The notes: a model not told the origin generated them from the letters alone. A stretch of DNA of 64,000 nucleotides from an uncultured virus (IMG/VR IMGVR_UViG_3300021387_000129) (IMGVR_UViG_3300021387_000129), one strand, 5' to 3'; positions 38,530-48,123 are shown, counted from the first letter of the stretch. Numbers and translations are program-made.

Positions 38530-38820
38530 AAGTATCAGTTTCAGTTTTTTTTCTTATTCTTTTTATATATTTAATATTTACTTTTTACTTTTGTTTTAAG
38601 AAAAAAAGTGTGATAATGTATAAAACCCATCTCAACTCCTTATAAATCAAGGCTTCTAGACGTTACGCTTTTTCAAAAATGCTGTTATTTCACTGTGACC
38701 ACTGTGTAATACACCCCCCCTATTCCATCGTGAAATACCCCTCCTCATCGGTATTTTCATCTACCCAGTCGTTTAGTTTCATCCATAAAGACTGGGGTTT
38801 GTCACACTTTGTCACACTTT
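38530..38820. other. Candidate replication origin
   Basis: Very AT-rich non-coding tract (about 38535-38625); tandem GTCACACTTT x2 (38801-38820) and an inverted copy AAAGTGTGA (38605-38613); directly upstream of the replication fusion gene. Confidence 0.45.
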
Positions 38821-39316
38821 TTATCTTCAGAATTTTCTCATGCAACACTTTTTCTGAAACCTTTTCTTTCCAAATTTTCGTAATTTTCTCAGGATCATTG
38901 TCAAAATCTTCCTCATCAAAAGTGTCTAACCCCAAATTTTCGAGCATTAATCCCACAAAAATTGGTGTCATCGGCTCCTCATCAACGTTCACCATCGCAT
39001 CAATATGCTCTGCCAAAGACACTAAAAGCTCAAAAACCGAGCACTTTCCATGAATCGACTTCTTCAATTTATCCTTCAAAACATCCGAAAGATCCGAGCC
39101 GACCTCCTCTGAATACACTTCACGCAACCGAATACCATCCTTCGCGCGATTCTCATCATCCTCAATTGACCAAACATAATCCGTTTCAAAAAGAAAACGA
39201 GCAAGAGGGCCTTCAAGGCCACTCCGCTCGCAAAGCCATTTGTAATAACTTTTCTTATGAATACTGCCTTCCACAAGGGAATTATCGATTTGCCTCATCG
39301 AAATACACCTCGCCAC
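38720..39316 (-). CDS. Hypothetical early protein
   Basis: 198 aa; DENRAKDGIRLR, CSVFELLVSLA; start uncertain. Confidence 0.7.
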   Translation of the reverse strand: MARCISMRQIDNSLVEGSIHKKSYYKWLCERSGLEGPLARFLFETDYVWSIEDDENRAKDGIRLREVYSEEVGSDLSDVLKDKLKKSIHGKCSVFELLVSLAEHIDAMVNVDEEPMTPIFVGLMLENLGLDTFDEEDFDNDPEKITKIWKEKVSEKVLHEKILKIKSVTKCDKPQSLWMKLNDWVDENTDEEGYFTME

Positions 39317-40058
39317 TCTTCACTTTTGCATAGGTGTTATGTGCCCGAGTAATCTCATAGTCAATAGAATCCCGTTCATTCCGAATATGCACCATATCCG
39401 GGTCTTCTCTGTCCGCATTCCTGAACAGTTCAAGCCCATCCGCCGTTCCAAACGCACTATATGGATCCTGAATCGCGCTGTCATTGTCTGCATCCACGCC
39501 AAATACCCCATCATCATACCAGGAGATATAAACTTTCTCATAATGATGGTTGTTTTCAAACTCTTCTCTGGAAATCTTTCTCGGCTTCAGCGCAGGATTT
39601 CCCTGATAATTTTCTACCATTCCAAGATACCGATCATGCTGCTCCGTCATCTCAAGAGCTTCATCGGTTGCCTCCTTATCATCAATTTCAACTGTCATAT
39701 CCTCCAAAACACTCATGTCAGGAGGTAATTCGACCTCATAAACGGCGTCCGGCTCCGAATTTTCAGAATTATCCGAGAATAAACGCCCAATTTTTTTGTG
39801 AATATCCTCTTTCTCAGCCGGTTTAGCCACAATATTTTTGTCTATCCAGTCCTGAGCCTGCTTGGAGCTCTCCTGAATAGCCTTCTCAACCGCTTCTTCC
39901 TTGTCCGCTTCGCATTTCCGCTTCACAAAGAAGGCTGCGAGGGACCCTCCAGCGATCCCTCCGCCCAATAATCCAATGAAAAACATGCCAACACGGCCAA
40001 ATCTGCGTTTTCCACCGTCTCCAATACCAGAATTTCCAGAATAATTGTACTCACTCAT
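39282..40058 (-). CDS. Hypothetical membrane-anchored acidic protein
   Basis: N-terminal FFIGLLGGGIAGGSLAAFFV helix, acidic body. Confidence 0.75.
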   Translation of the reverse strand: MSEYNYSGNSGIGDGGKRRFGRVGMFFIGLLGGGIAGGSLAAFFVKRKCEADKEEAVEKAIQESSKQAQDWIDKNIVAKPAEKEDIHKKIGRLFSDNSENSEPDAVYEVELPPDMSVLEDMTVEIDDKEATDEALEMTEQHDRYLGMVENYQGNPALKPRKISREEFENNHHYEKVYISWYDDGVFGVDADNDSAIQDPYSAFGTADGLELFRNADREDPDMVHIRNERDSIDYEITRAHNTYAKVKSGEVYFDEANR

Positions 40059-40219
40059 TGCTTTTCACGCTCCTTTTTAGGGTCTACTTCATAAGGGCAC
40101 TTATTCCACCACTTCTGAGCTTCCTTTTCCCGCTCATAACGACGTTCCCAGAGGTTATTAGCAAGCATTGCACCGATCAGAAACCCCACAACAAGTGCTA
40201 GAATAACCTTCATGAGCAT
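40055..40219 (-). CDS. Small membrane protein (54 aa, not in ORF track)
   Basis: MLMKVILALVVGFLIGAMLANN...; fills the gap exactly, with RBS and ATGA overlap. Confidence 0.65.
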   Translation of the reverse strand: MLMKVILALVVGFLIGAMLANNLWERRYEREKEAQKWWNKCPYEVDPKKEREKQ

Positions 40220-40221
40220 TA

Positions 40222-41229
40222 TTAACCCCTCCTGGACTCTACTTGAGTCAGTTTTCGGTTCATTTTGTTAGCAATCGGCTCTTCTTCCACGTCAAAAATG
40301 ATCCATGTGCCGGTCGTAACCCCATTCATGAAGTTCTCATCCTCTTCAAAATGCCAGTTAAGACCTTTCGAGCGATTAGGATATTCAGGATTGCCGGGTT
40401 CCCACAAACGACCCATGATTCCACCAATGCCAACGTCCATTTCTCCAGGCTTATACGGGTTATAAGCAAATGCACGCCTCTGATCGTTCAGTGTCAGATG
40501 CCCATTTGTCCTGAGCTTAATATCGTACTCGTCCTGTAAATGCCTCAACTTGGCAATACGCAGATCGTAGTTCGCTTCCCAGATCGAAGGACATGTCTCC
40601 TCGCTAAACCAGAATTTGAACACACTCGGATCTTTGTCGAGCACCAATTCACCAGATGTAGCGACCTGAGTGATCTCACCAGTCTCCTCGTCTACAACTT
40701 CTTCAACTGTTGCCTCCTGATATTTTGAGGTCAAATATTTACGATCCGCCTCAGGCCCCAGATCCGCAATAACATTCTTCCGATAATCCATGAATTCAGT
40801 GGATACCGCAGCCGTCGCAGCTGTAGCCGTCGCCAGTTTCTTGCGTCCATCCACAAATCCGCTCACCGTCACAGCCACACCAACCACTTCCGTAGCCAGC
40901 GGTCTGCGATATACCTTAACCACTGCACCCAGCTTCTTCAGCCTGGCTTTGTAGTATTTCTTCTTGGCAGCCTTCACTTCGATCTTCTCAGCACCATCCG
41001 CCTTAGCCTTCTCCACAGATGCCTTGCACTCCGCAATAACCTTGTCTGCTTCTGCAATCGCCTGTCTCGTTTCCTCCTGAGCAGCTGTCTTCGCAAATAA
41101 ACCGGCACCAATCATCATGATACCAGTCCCTGTCGCTCCAAGAATTTTGTCACTGTTGTTCTTAACAGTAAACGCAATCTGCTGACCCCAAATTTTATAA
41201 CCAGTGATCAGAGTCTGAAAAAATCCCAT
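40222..41229 (-). CDS. Hypothetical membrane-associated protein (DUF6353-like), paralogue of 45888-46784
   Basis: KNNSDKILGATGTG hydrophobic helix; YRKNVIADLG. Confidence 0.65.
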   Translation of the reverse strand: MGFFQTLITGYKIWGQQIAFTVKNNSDKILGATGTGIMMIGAGLFAKTAAQEETRQAIAEADKVIAECKASVEKAKADGAEKIEVKAAKKKYYKARLKKLGAVVKVYRRPLATEVVGVAVTVSGFVDGRKKLATATAATAAVSTEFMDYRKNVIADLGPEADRKYLTSKYQEATVEEVVDEETGEITQVATSGELVLDKDPSVFKFWFSEETCPSIWEANYDLRIAKLRHLQDEYDIKLRTNGHLTLNDQRRAFAYNPYKPGEMDVGIGGIMGRLWEPGNPEYPNRSKGLNWHFEEDENFMNGVTTGTWIIFDVEEEPIANKMNRKLTQVESRRG

Positions 41230-41450
41230 TATTTAGCCCTCCTCATAGCTTCTGAAATAATACTTACCTGTACATCCCGAATCCGCCTGAATACCTCAAG
41301 CGGTTCTTCCTTCGCCGGAATTGGAACCACCGAATCATTCGTAAAAACTTCCGTATAGTCTCCATACTTCCGAACTTTATTGATACACGAGATATTAACC
41401 CAAATTTCCTGATCATCTCCGAATCGATGTACCCGAATAAGTCCGTTCAT
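41229..41450 (-). CDS. FlbD/SwrD-like small protein
   Basis: LIRVHR..QEIWVNISCINKV...TEV...AKEEPLEVFRRI. Confidence 0.5.
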   Translation of the reverse strand: MNGLIRVHRFGDDQEIWVNISCINKVRKYGDYTEVFTNDSVVPIPAKEEPLEVFRRIRDVQVSIISEAMRRAK

Positions 41451-41713
41451 CCACGCACCTCCTCTTTCGCCTCAACGTCATTTCCTTTCATTAAAGCATG
41501 AACCATCCGCTTACCAATTTCCTTGGGGCTCTCCACAACACGTATGGTTTTCTCCCCAGCGAATTCCATGTCCACTTCAATATCACTGAACTGACACATG
41601 ATGCCCTGTACCACCTCGAATCCTTCCAAAATGTTAACTATATCCTCAATATACAGATCCACTGGCTTCAGGTTGCTGTACTTGGTCAGAGTAATCCATG
41701 CTTTAGTTCTCAT
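41447..41713 (-). CDS. FlbD/SwrD-like small protein
   Basis: WITLTK...VDLYIEDIVNI...IRVVESPKEIGKRM. Confidence 0.45.
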   Translation of the reverse strand: MRTKAWITLTKYSNLKPVDLYIEDIVNILEGFEVVQGIMCQFSDIEVDMEFAGEKTIRVVESPKEIGKRMVHALMKGNDVEAKEEVRG

Positions 41714-42390
41714 TAGAATTCCCCCGTTTCAACGTTAGTCAGTCCGTCTTTCTTAGCAGCTTCCACTACAGGATTACCCGCAGGCAGGGCACGATATGAA
41801 GGGGTCGGCTGATTACTCTTCTTAAGAGCCTTCACCAGCTCAATACCCCCTCCAATAATCCCAAGGCCTACACCAGCACCAAGAATCCACTTGAATGCTT
41901 TGCCAAGGAAATGGTTCTCCTCCTGCTCCTTCTCCTTGCGTTCCTTCTCATGCTTCTCATCCAGTTCCCGCTGAATACGTTCACGTTCCAGCTGATCCAA
42001 CCGACGATTCTCAGCCATCATCGCGTCATACTCCATCCGCTTTATAGCGAGTTCGTGCTCCATTTTTGCCTTCTCAAGCGCCAGGTTACACTCCGCATCA
42101 GTTAACGCACGATCATCTGGAAACTCCTTATGAATATGCGTCTCCTTCTTTTTCTTCACCACAGGAGGAACCGGAGGCACCGCAGGCTTCTTCTCACCAA
42201 GCTCACCCAACTGTACCTGCACCACCTGATGCTGCGGCTGAGTGCTGTTGAAGCTGCCATCGGTATTCATCAGATCCTTATCCTTCTCCACCTTACTAAT
42301 GCTCCTTTCGCTCTTCGCCAGCATATCCGTCACATTAGCCATTGTCCGCAGGGTATCGTTCACCATGTTTGTATTAATATCCATCTTCAT
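41713..42390 (-). CDS. Coiled-coil protein with C-terminal TM helix
   Basis: E/K-rich coiled coil then WILGAGVGLGIIGGGI. Confidence 0.7.
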   Translation of the reverse strand: MKMDINTNMVNDTLRTMANVTDMLAKSERSISKVEKDKDLMNTDGSFNSTQPQHQVVQVQLGELGEKKPAVPPVPPVVKKKKETHIHKEFPDDRALTDAECNLALEKAKMEHELAIKRMEYDAMMAENRRLDQLERERIQRELDEKHEKERKEKEQEENHFLGKAFKWILGAGVGLGIIGGGIELVKALKKSNQPTPSYRALPAGNPVVEAAKKDGLTNVETGEF

Positions 42391-42653
42391 TCCCCTTTCT
42401 TCTGCTCGTCAATCACTTTACGACTATACTTAACCAACCAGGAAATTACTTCATCAGAAGCACCGTCATGAATTAGATCAATCAGCATGTCTATCATGAA
42501 CCGCCGTTTCGCATCCTTGTCCTCCGCAAGATATTCGATCGCATTTTCAAATACCATTTGCGCATCTTTGCTCACGACGGTCTCTTCCATAATCAACTTG
42601 AGCCTCTGAATAACCATGTCTCGGCTCATATTACGAACTAGTACATTATTCAT
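42387..42653 (-). CDS. Hypothetical protein
   Basis: Overlaps neighbouring start/stop codons. Confidence 0.65.
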   Translation of the reverse strand: MNNVLVRNMSRDMVIQRLKLIMEETVVSKDAQMVFENAIEYLAEDKDAKRRFMIDMLIDLIHDGASDEVISWLVKYSRKVIDEQKKGE

Positions 42654-43050
42654 TAGTCAACACGACCTCCTTTGCTTCCTCTTCACTCACGGCATTTTCC
42701 ATGTTACCAAGCGTATTGTTCACATATATTGACAGATCTTCCGGCTCAATCAGCATACGGGTTTCTCGATATTGCGCAAATAAATCGCACAACCGTCTCC
42801 ACTTGCGGAAACTGTTCTCGAGAATATTGTGCACACCTTCTCGAGTCGCATCATCCACCTCTCCCGCATCCTTACTCAAAATGGCAGGATCGTGATACTT
42901 CAAGGTTATCTGAGCAAATATTTCCTTCTGAAACGCATCCAGCAGCTGCTCCTTCACCAGTTCCGGCTTAGCACCCTTGCCAATACCCTCCACCGCAAAC
43001 TCGCGAAAATACTGCTTAACACTTCTGATCGGGATTAACGTTTCCGCCAT
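42646..43050 (-). CDS. Hypothetical protein
   Basis: 134 aa, AAGGAG RBS. Confidence 0.7.
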   Translation of the reverse strand: MAETLIPIRSVKQYFREFAVEGIGKGAKPELVKEQLLDAFQKEIFAQITLKYHDPAILSKDAGEVDDATREGVHNILENSFRKWRRLCDLFAQYRETRMLIEPEDLSIYVNNTLGNMENAVSEEEAKEVVLTNE

Positions 43051-43186
43051 CGATGTTCTCCTTTACATGATATTTGTCATACAGGTCCTCACGACAAAAT
43101 ACTCTTCGCTGTTTCTCCTCTTCGGAGACGGGGCATTTATCTCTTCCCGGACAATCATGGCAAATTGGAACTACTTTCACTGACAT
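43016..43186 (-). CDS. Small Cys-rich protein (56 aa, not in ORF track)
   Basis: MSVKVVPICHDCPGRDKCP...FC; TAATG coupling to the upstream gene. Confidence 0.55.
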   Translation of the reverse strand: MSVKVVPICHDCPGRDKCPVSEEEKQRRVFCREDLYDKYHVKENIDGGNVNPDQKC

Positions 43187-43641
43187 TATTGATCTCCTTT
43201 CTTACACGCTTCATAGTTGATTTCTTCGTTTAAATAGAACCTTTCTGTATAGCATTTAAGCTCAAACCTGTCATATCCAAATTTATCGCATAAATATTGG
43301 ATGACTTTTTGGGCAGCTTCTTTAGATTTATAATAATCATCAAATATACCGCTATAATATTCTTTGTCTTTGCTGATCGCTAGTTTGTCAGGTACTTTAA
43401 TGGTTGTGCAAAAAAGCTTTTTGCGTTCTGGCTCGCATTTATGCTTCCTAAGGCTAAAATACAAAGTTCTCTCATTGTCATTAGTAATTCTCGTTCCTGT
43501 GTATATAACATCATATTCCAATTCATGTTCATCATGGAAACGAGTGACAATTTCACAAACTTCTGCTGGATCATCAGCATAATAAAACCAACCATTATGT
43601 TCTTGTTCAATAGTAAACTCAACCTTATAAACCATGCTCAA
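43186..43641 (-). CDS. Hypothetical protein
   Basis: 151 aa, AT-rich, GAAAGGAG RBS. Confidence 0.7.
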   Translation of the reverse strand: MSMVYKVEFTIEQEHNGWFYYADDPAEVCEIVTRFHDEHELEYDVIYTGTRITNDNERTLYFSLRKHKCEPERKKLFCTTIKVPDKLAISKDKEYYSGIFDDYYKSKEAAQKVIQYLCDKFGYDRFELKCYTERFYLNEEINYEACKKGDQ

Positions 43642-43679
43642 TCTCCTTTCTTAATCAGACCAAAATAAGAGAGAAAGAA

Positions 43680-43708
43680 GGAGAACCATGTTCATCACAC
43701 AATTCTCC
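43680..43708 (-). terminator. Cassette terminator
   Basis: GGAGAATTGTG...CATGGTTCTCC plus T-rich tail. Confidence 0.7.
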
Positions 43709-43716
43709 TCCAGAAA

Positions 43717-43938
43717 TTACCGGTATCCCATCACCAGTTGGGCCGTCAGATAACAGCCCCCGCAAGGCCAGACGAAATACTTTCGGTCTCCGTACCGCTC
43801 AAACTCCCGGTTGAGTTTCCGCGCCTCTTTCTTAAGCGCTTCGTACTCACCGAACTTAACCGGTACGTACCGCATCGTCTTAGCCTTCTCCAGGTCCTTC
43901 TTACCTCTTAGTCCGTAATGATTGCCCAAAATATTCAT
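43717..43938 (-). CDS. Cassette-borne hypothetical protein
   Basis: Own promoter (43962-43986), AAGGAGGT RBS and terminator (43680-43708). Confidence 0.7.
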   Translation of the reverse strand: MNILGNHYGLRGKKDLEKAKTMRYVPVKFGEYEALKKEARKLNREFERYGDRKYFVWPCGGCYLTAQLVMGYR

Positions 43939-43952
43939 AAGGGCACCTCCTT

Positions 43953-44165
43953 TCATTTCCTACTATAGGAGATGTCCATTTTGCGAGTTTCTGTCCGATC
44001 TACTTTACCAAACAGTTCAGGAGTATGCTTGAATAACTGACCGGCCGCCTCCATGCGTTTATACATGGCAAGCACCTGAGCATCCGGCATCTCCTTCACC
44101 TTTCTGCGCCACCTGTCTCCAGGATATACCTCTCCAAGAGCACTCCGCATGGATTCAACCGTCAT
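43953..44165 (-). CDS. Hypothetical protein
   Basis: MRSALGEVYPGDRWRRKVKEMPDAQVLAMY; AGGAGG RBS. Confidence 0.7.
   Translation of the reverse strand: MTVESMRSALGEVYPGDRWRRKVKEMPDAQVLAMYKRMEAAGQLFKHTPELFGKVDRTETRKMDISYSRK
43962..43986 (-). promoter_or_regulatory. Phage promoter motif
   Basis: TCGCA AAAT GGACA TCTCCT ATAGT|AGGAA. Confidence 0.7.
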
Positions 44166-44180
44166 CTGAATACCGCCTCC

Positions 44181-44816
44181 TTAACCCCTTAAAGAAATGG
44201 GTCTCGGTAAATCAATCGTAAACCCTTCAGGAATCGGCACAACCCTTGCATTATCAAGATTTGTCCATCCGCGATCCTTCAGAACATATGCCGTGTTATC
44301 AATAGGGGAGCCAATCGCATCATAATAATCCAACACGCTTACACTACCGTATGCATTGATCCGTCCCCTCATATCCGCCAACACTCGTTCCGCATCCATC
44401 TTGCTGCCAAATACGAACGTATCCACTGCATCCAATATCCGTTGTGCCCTGGGCATAGGCTGCTGACCATTACTCGAGAAGCTGGTGTAATCAGTAGGCC
44501 CATTCTGCTGATTTACCACCTTTCCAAATAATAGCATCTGAAGACCATCCGAAGCATGCTTCAATATCGTCTGCCCCGCATTGTTGAGCATCCGCAAACC
44601 CGTCGGCACAAGATACTGGTCCACAATATACTCACCAGGGTTCTCAACGTCCTGCCCAAAAAATGCATGGACGAACTTCTTGCTGGCCTTCTCCTTCTTC
44701 TGAACACGCTTGACAGACCCTTGAACGACCTTCTTGCTCTGTTGCTCCGGCATGTTAGGATCACGAATGGTAATATTCACACTATTATCCAGAATAACAG
44801 GATCATTATTTGCCAT
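44181..44816 (-). CDS. Hypothetical protein
   Basis: 211 aa; C-terminal YGSVSVLDYYD..GWTNL..IDLPRP. Confidence 0.75.
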   Translation of the reverse strand: MANNDPVILDNSVNITIRDPNMPEQQSKKVVQGSVKRVQKKEKASKKFVHAFFGQDVENPGEYIVDQYLVPTGLRMLNNAGQTILKHASDGLQMLLFGKVVNQQNGPTDYTSFSSNGQQPMPRAQRILDAVDTFVFGSKMDAERVLADMRGRINAYGSVSVLDYYDAIGSPIDNTAYVLKDRGWTNLDNARVVPIPEGFTIDLPRPISLRG

Positions 44817-45069
44817 CTTTATCCTCCTTGCCGCTCACGTCATCAAAGAATTTGCCAACCTCGTCTACGATTTTGTCAAAGAATTTGGACGCTGTATTCG
44901 CGATGGCACAGGATATCACCGCTCCCGCACCATAGCTGCACAATTTCATGGCTCCATTGCGCTCCTCATTTCCGTTTCGTATGATCGGTCGCATGAGGCT
45001 GGCAGTGCCTGCATAAATCACGATGCTGCCGCCAGTTTTGATTCGCTCGCGTATTTTCTTTTTGTTCAT
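44806..45069 (-). CDS. Hypothetical membrane protein
   Basis: Two short hydrophobic segments; start moved to MNKKK. Confidence 0.6.
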   Translation of the reverse strand: MNKKKIRERIKTGGSIVIYAGTASLMRPIIRNGNEERNGAMKLCSYGAGAVISCAIANTASKFFDKIVDEVGKFFDDVSGKEDKDGK

Positions 45070-45313
45070 AATCCGATCTCCTCTCACCATAATAATTATT
45101 GATTACAATGGGTGCCTGCGCTGATGGATATACCTGCTGGGGCTGATCCTTCCTTGTCAGTACCTTGCTCCCAAATGCAATCACACCGAACGTAAGTCCA
45201 AATTTGATAATGCCTGAATAATGCTCCAGCTTGTCATTCAGCGTCTCCTTTGCCGATTCCACAGCACCATCTGTCGCCTTAGTCGTAAGCCTCTTAGTCA
45301 ATTTTTCAAACAT
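44966..45313 (-). CDS. Hypothetical membrane protein
   Basis: Start moved to MFEKL; IIKFGLTFGVIAFG helix. Confidence 0.55.
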   Translation of the reverse strand: MFEKLTKRLTTKATDGAVESAKETLNDKLEHYSGIIKFGLTFGVIAFGSKVLTRKDQPQQVYPSAQAPIVINNYYGERRSDYEQKENTRANQNWRQHRDLCRHCQPHATDHTKRK

Positions 45314-45323
45314 GATAAAAAGA

Positions 45324-45349
45324 GGAGCCATGTGTTTCCACACAGCTCC
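45324..45349 (-). terminator. Repeated cassette terminator, family A
   Basis: GGAGCTGTGTG-GAAA-CACATGGCTCC plus T-tract; identical at 48156 and 49190. Confidence 0.8.
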
Positions 45350-45368
45350 ATACTCCTTTCGTCTTAAT

Positions 45369-45671
45369 TCATTCGACGTTCGGATCCAACGGGGACACAG
45401 GTTGTTGTGGCTGCTCATAATATGCAACCGTCTGCTGAACCCCAGCGTTCTTACCTTTCTTGTAAGCCACGAATGCAGAAGCCACACCTCCGCCGACCGT
45501 TACCGCTCCGGCAACAGCACCTTTCCAATGCCGTTTAAACCAGGCCTTAACGCCCTTCTCTTCGGTCTTCTTCTCAGTCTTCGTTTCCTCTACCTTCTTG
45601 GTTTCTTCCACTTTCGGTTCCTCCTTCTTTTCGGTTCCTTCAGTCTCAACAACCTTCTTGTTCTCTTCCAT
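45369..45671 (-). CDS. Cassette-borne E/K-rich membrane protein
   Basis: Own promoter and terminator; EETKK repeats then AVAGAVTVGGGVASAFV. Confidence 0.75.
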   Translation of the reverse strand: MEENKKVVETEGTEKKEEPKVEETKKVEETKTEKKTEEKGVKAWFKRHWKGAVAGAVTVGGGVASAFVAYKKGKNAGVQQTVAYYEQPQQPVSPLDPNVE

Positions 45672-45714
45672 CAGTTTTTACCTCCGAATTATTTTGTGAG
45701 ATATCACTATCTCC

Positions 45715-45739
45715 ATTATCAGCGTTGTTTTTACTGCGA
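45715..45739 (-). promoter_or_regulatory. Phage promoter motif
   Basis: TCGCA GTAA AAACA ACGCTG ATAAT|GGAGA. Confidence 0.75.
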
Positions 45740-45887
45740 GTTTTTGACTGTAATATCTCGCATAGTCTATCCACAGGCATATACATCAATTCCGTCAATG
45801 GTATGCCTTCATATGGGTCTGTCATGTCACTCGACTCCAGTACCTTCGAATATCCCAGTAATCATAGATCAGCTCGTCAAGGCCGAT

Positions 45888-46784
45888 TCACACGCAATCA
45901 GCCTTAATTCTCCATCCAAGCCGCATGTCGCTCGGTTCCGTATCGAAATGAATCGCCCAACAGGTATGCTCGCCGTCTGGAGCCGTATCAGGAACCATGT
46001 AGATCTCAATCGGGTCGTCATCAGATCCATCAATTTCGAATCCTTTGTTAAATCCCTGATGCCTGAGCGAAGGCGCATTTGCAATTTTGTCATCAAACCC
46101 AATATATTTCACAATTTGGCTGAGCGACACACCAACTTCCTTGCCGTCCCAATCTGAGGACATAATCGCGTTCTCATACCTGCTTCTCGGAGGAAGTGCC
46201 TTCATCTCACATTGAGCCTGCTTAATCGCCAACTCGACCCTCTGATGCGTAGAGAAAAATGGGAGCTTGAGCCAATCCAGAACAAACAGTTTGCCTTCTT
46301 CTTCTCCCTGCTCAAAATGAGGAGCTCCGAGAATATCCGCCTTGGTCAGTTTCTGAATATTCTCCTCCGCAACCTTCTGCTGAACTTCCTTCTCTTTCTT
46401 TTCGCCCAGCACTTCTTTGCTCGCCTGCTTGTAATTGTCATAAAGCTTGCGAGTACCTGTATACAGCGCAGTCATCTCAGCCAGGTTCTTCGCAGACACC
46501 CGATTACTCCCGATACCGGCTGCAGAAGTACCAACAGCGCACAGAGCAGTGGGAATATAGTCCTTCCAGCAGTTCTTTACTTTGTCCTGGATGCTCAGAT
46601 CCTCATACTTGATCCCTTTCTCATCCAGCTTCCGAATACTCTTGATGGTATCCTTATGAGAAATAACCGCCGTCCCAATCGTGCCCACCACATTCACACC
46701 TGTCAGAATATTGGCCCGATTCTTTACAATCCAGTCGCCAGCCTGCTGCGCCATAAGCTTGTAACCTTCAATAATGTAACCCAT
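45888..46784 (-). CDS. Hypothetical membrane-associated protein (DUF6353-like), paralogue of 40222-41229
   Basis: KNRANILTGVNVVG helix; YKQASKEVLGEKKE. Confidence 0.65.
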   Translation of the reverse strand: MGYIIEGYKLMAQQAGDWIVKNRANILTGVNVVGTIGTAVISHKDTIKSIRKLDEKGIKYEDLSIQDKVKNCWKDYIPTALCAVGTSAAGIGSNRVSAKNLAEMTALYTGTRKLYDNYKQASKEVLGEKKEKEVQQKVAEENIQKLTKADILGAPHFEQGEEEGKLFVLDWLKLPFFSTHQRVELAIKQAQCEMKALPPRSRYENAIMSSDWDGKEVGVSLSQIVKYIGFDDKIANAPSLRHQGFNKGFEIDGSDDDPIEIYMVPDTAPDGEHTCWAIHFDTEPSDMRLGWRIKADCV

Positions 46785-46855
46785 AGATCCGATCTCCTTT
46801 CTTGTCGAGAGAGTAGTAAGAAATAAGGAGAAGAATGCACATACACTCTCCTCCT

Positions 46856-46880
46856 ATAATAAGCATTGTTTTGTTTGCGA
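46856..46880 (-). promoter_or_regulatory. Phage promoter motif
   Basis: TCGCA AACA AAACA ATGCTT ATTAT|AGGAG. Confidence 0.75.
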
Positions 46881-46883
46881 ATA

Positions 46884-47075
46884 TCATTCTTCAACCATTT
46901 CAACACTGGTGTCGTAAAGGTCATAATAGTTATTGTCTTTTGCGAGATCTTTCATGTGTCTTCCAAATTCCGCGAATTGAGACGCGAAATCAGTATTCGG
47001 CAACTCCATGATAGTTTCTCCTGTTCCTTCCTGGCCAAGGATACTTGTGTAACAATATGTGACCTTTACTTTCAT
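46884..47075 (-). CDS. Hypothetical protein
   Basis: 63 aa, ATGA coupling. Confidence 0.6.
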   Translation of the reverse strand: MKVKVTYCYTSILGQEGTGETIMELPNTDFASQFAEFGRHMKDLAKDNNYYDLYDTSVEMVEE

Positions 47076-47341
47076 TTTCTATTCCTCCTGTGTTCAGCTG
47101 GAGTCTCTGGAGCATACCGAGGATCTGGTTCCGGATCTTCCATGAGCTCCTTCATCTTATATTCCGAAACATACTCACCGGTGCTCGTGCGAATACCCGT
47201 AGGAGTCTCACCACGATCCTTCGCTTCCTTGTACTCCTGAATATAGTACATGATACCAGTCGTCACATCCACCCAGTTGCACCCCATGCCGTAGACCCAT
47301 TCAAAAGATTTCATTGGGTGTTTACGTCTTGCTTCTGCCAT
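47072..47341 (-). CDS. Hypothetical protein
   Basis: 89 aa, AAGGAGG RBS. Confidence 0.65.
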   Translation of the reverse strand: MAEARRKHPMKSFEWVYGMGCNWVDVTTGIMYYIQEYKEAKDRGETPTGIRTSTGEYVSEYKMKELMEDPEPDPRYAPETPAEHRRNRK

Positions 47342-47354
47342 TAAATATCCCTCC

Positions 47355-47675
47355 TTATAAGTCTCTGTTTTCCCACCAATAAAGGTGCTGCAAATATAGG
47401 TTCAGGATTTTCACCGCACGCCTTGGTAGCTCGTAAGGCCACAATAGATATATCTGAATAATATTGAGAAATTTGGTACGAGTTGGCATCATCTGGTCAC
47501 TTTTCTCCACTTGATCATGCCAGTCGCTCGTATGCATATCGTAAACCGAGTCTGAAATACCATTTTGTTTCTTGGCTCTCTTCGCATACCATACAATAAG
47601 CCATGGAAACACAAGCCGGATAAGAATAACCCCTGTGAGCAGATACGCCAGGATAAAGCTGATGATGTTGATCAA
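47355..47675 (-). CDS. Hypothetical membrane protein
   Basis: Strong N-terminal TM helix. Confidence 0.6.
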   Translation of the reverse strand: MINIISFILAYLLTGVILIRLVFPWLIVWYAKRAKKQNGISDSVYDMHTSDWHDQVEKSDQMMPTRTKFLNIIQIYLLWPYELPRRAVKILNLYLQHLYWWENRDL

Positions 47676-47885
47676 TTACTGTACCTCCGTCTGTTCAATA
47701 AATTTGATAAGCCGATTGAGTGTGTTTACAATATCTAATTCCTCCCCTTTATCCAGAGATATCATTGGATGAACGGGGTCCACTTCTTCGGCAAGCTGCA
47801 TTCGATCCATAAGTTTAAGCTTAAGATTATCCGCGTTGTCCAATAAAATCATAAGTTGTCCAACTGTCATCTTCCTTTCGTCCAT
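47676..47885 (-). CDS. Hypothetical protein
   Basis: 69 aa, AGGAGGT RBS. Confidence 0.65.
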   Translation of the reverse strand: MDERKMTVGQLMILLDNADNLKLKLMDRMQLAEEVDPVHPMISLDKGEELDIVNTLNRLIKFIEQTEVQ

Positions 47886-47886
47886 C

Positions 47887-48123
47887 TCAATACCTCCTGC
47901 TCAGTTTAGATACGCACTTACCGATCCAGCCCTTCTTCTTGAATATCTTCCGGGCTTCCGTAGGCTTGTACATCTTGAAGAAATGGCCACCAGCCGGAGT
48001 AGTAATCTCATAGGTCCTCGGTACTTCTGTTCTCAAAACAATCTCCTCCTTCGTAATTCCCCATGCAGAATAATAATTATTGGCACCTGCTGGCATCCTG
48101 GTAACCGACGATTTAGTCACCAT
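47887..48123 (-). CDS. Hypothetical protein
   Basis: 78 aa, AAAGGAGG RBS. Confidence 0.65.
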   Translation of the reverse strand: MVTKSSVTRMPAGANNYYSAWGITKEEIVLRTEVPRTYEITTPAGGHFFKMYKPTEARKIFKKKGWIGKCVSKLSRRY

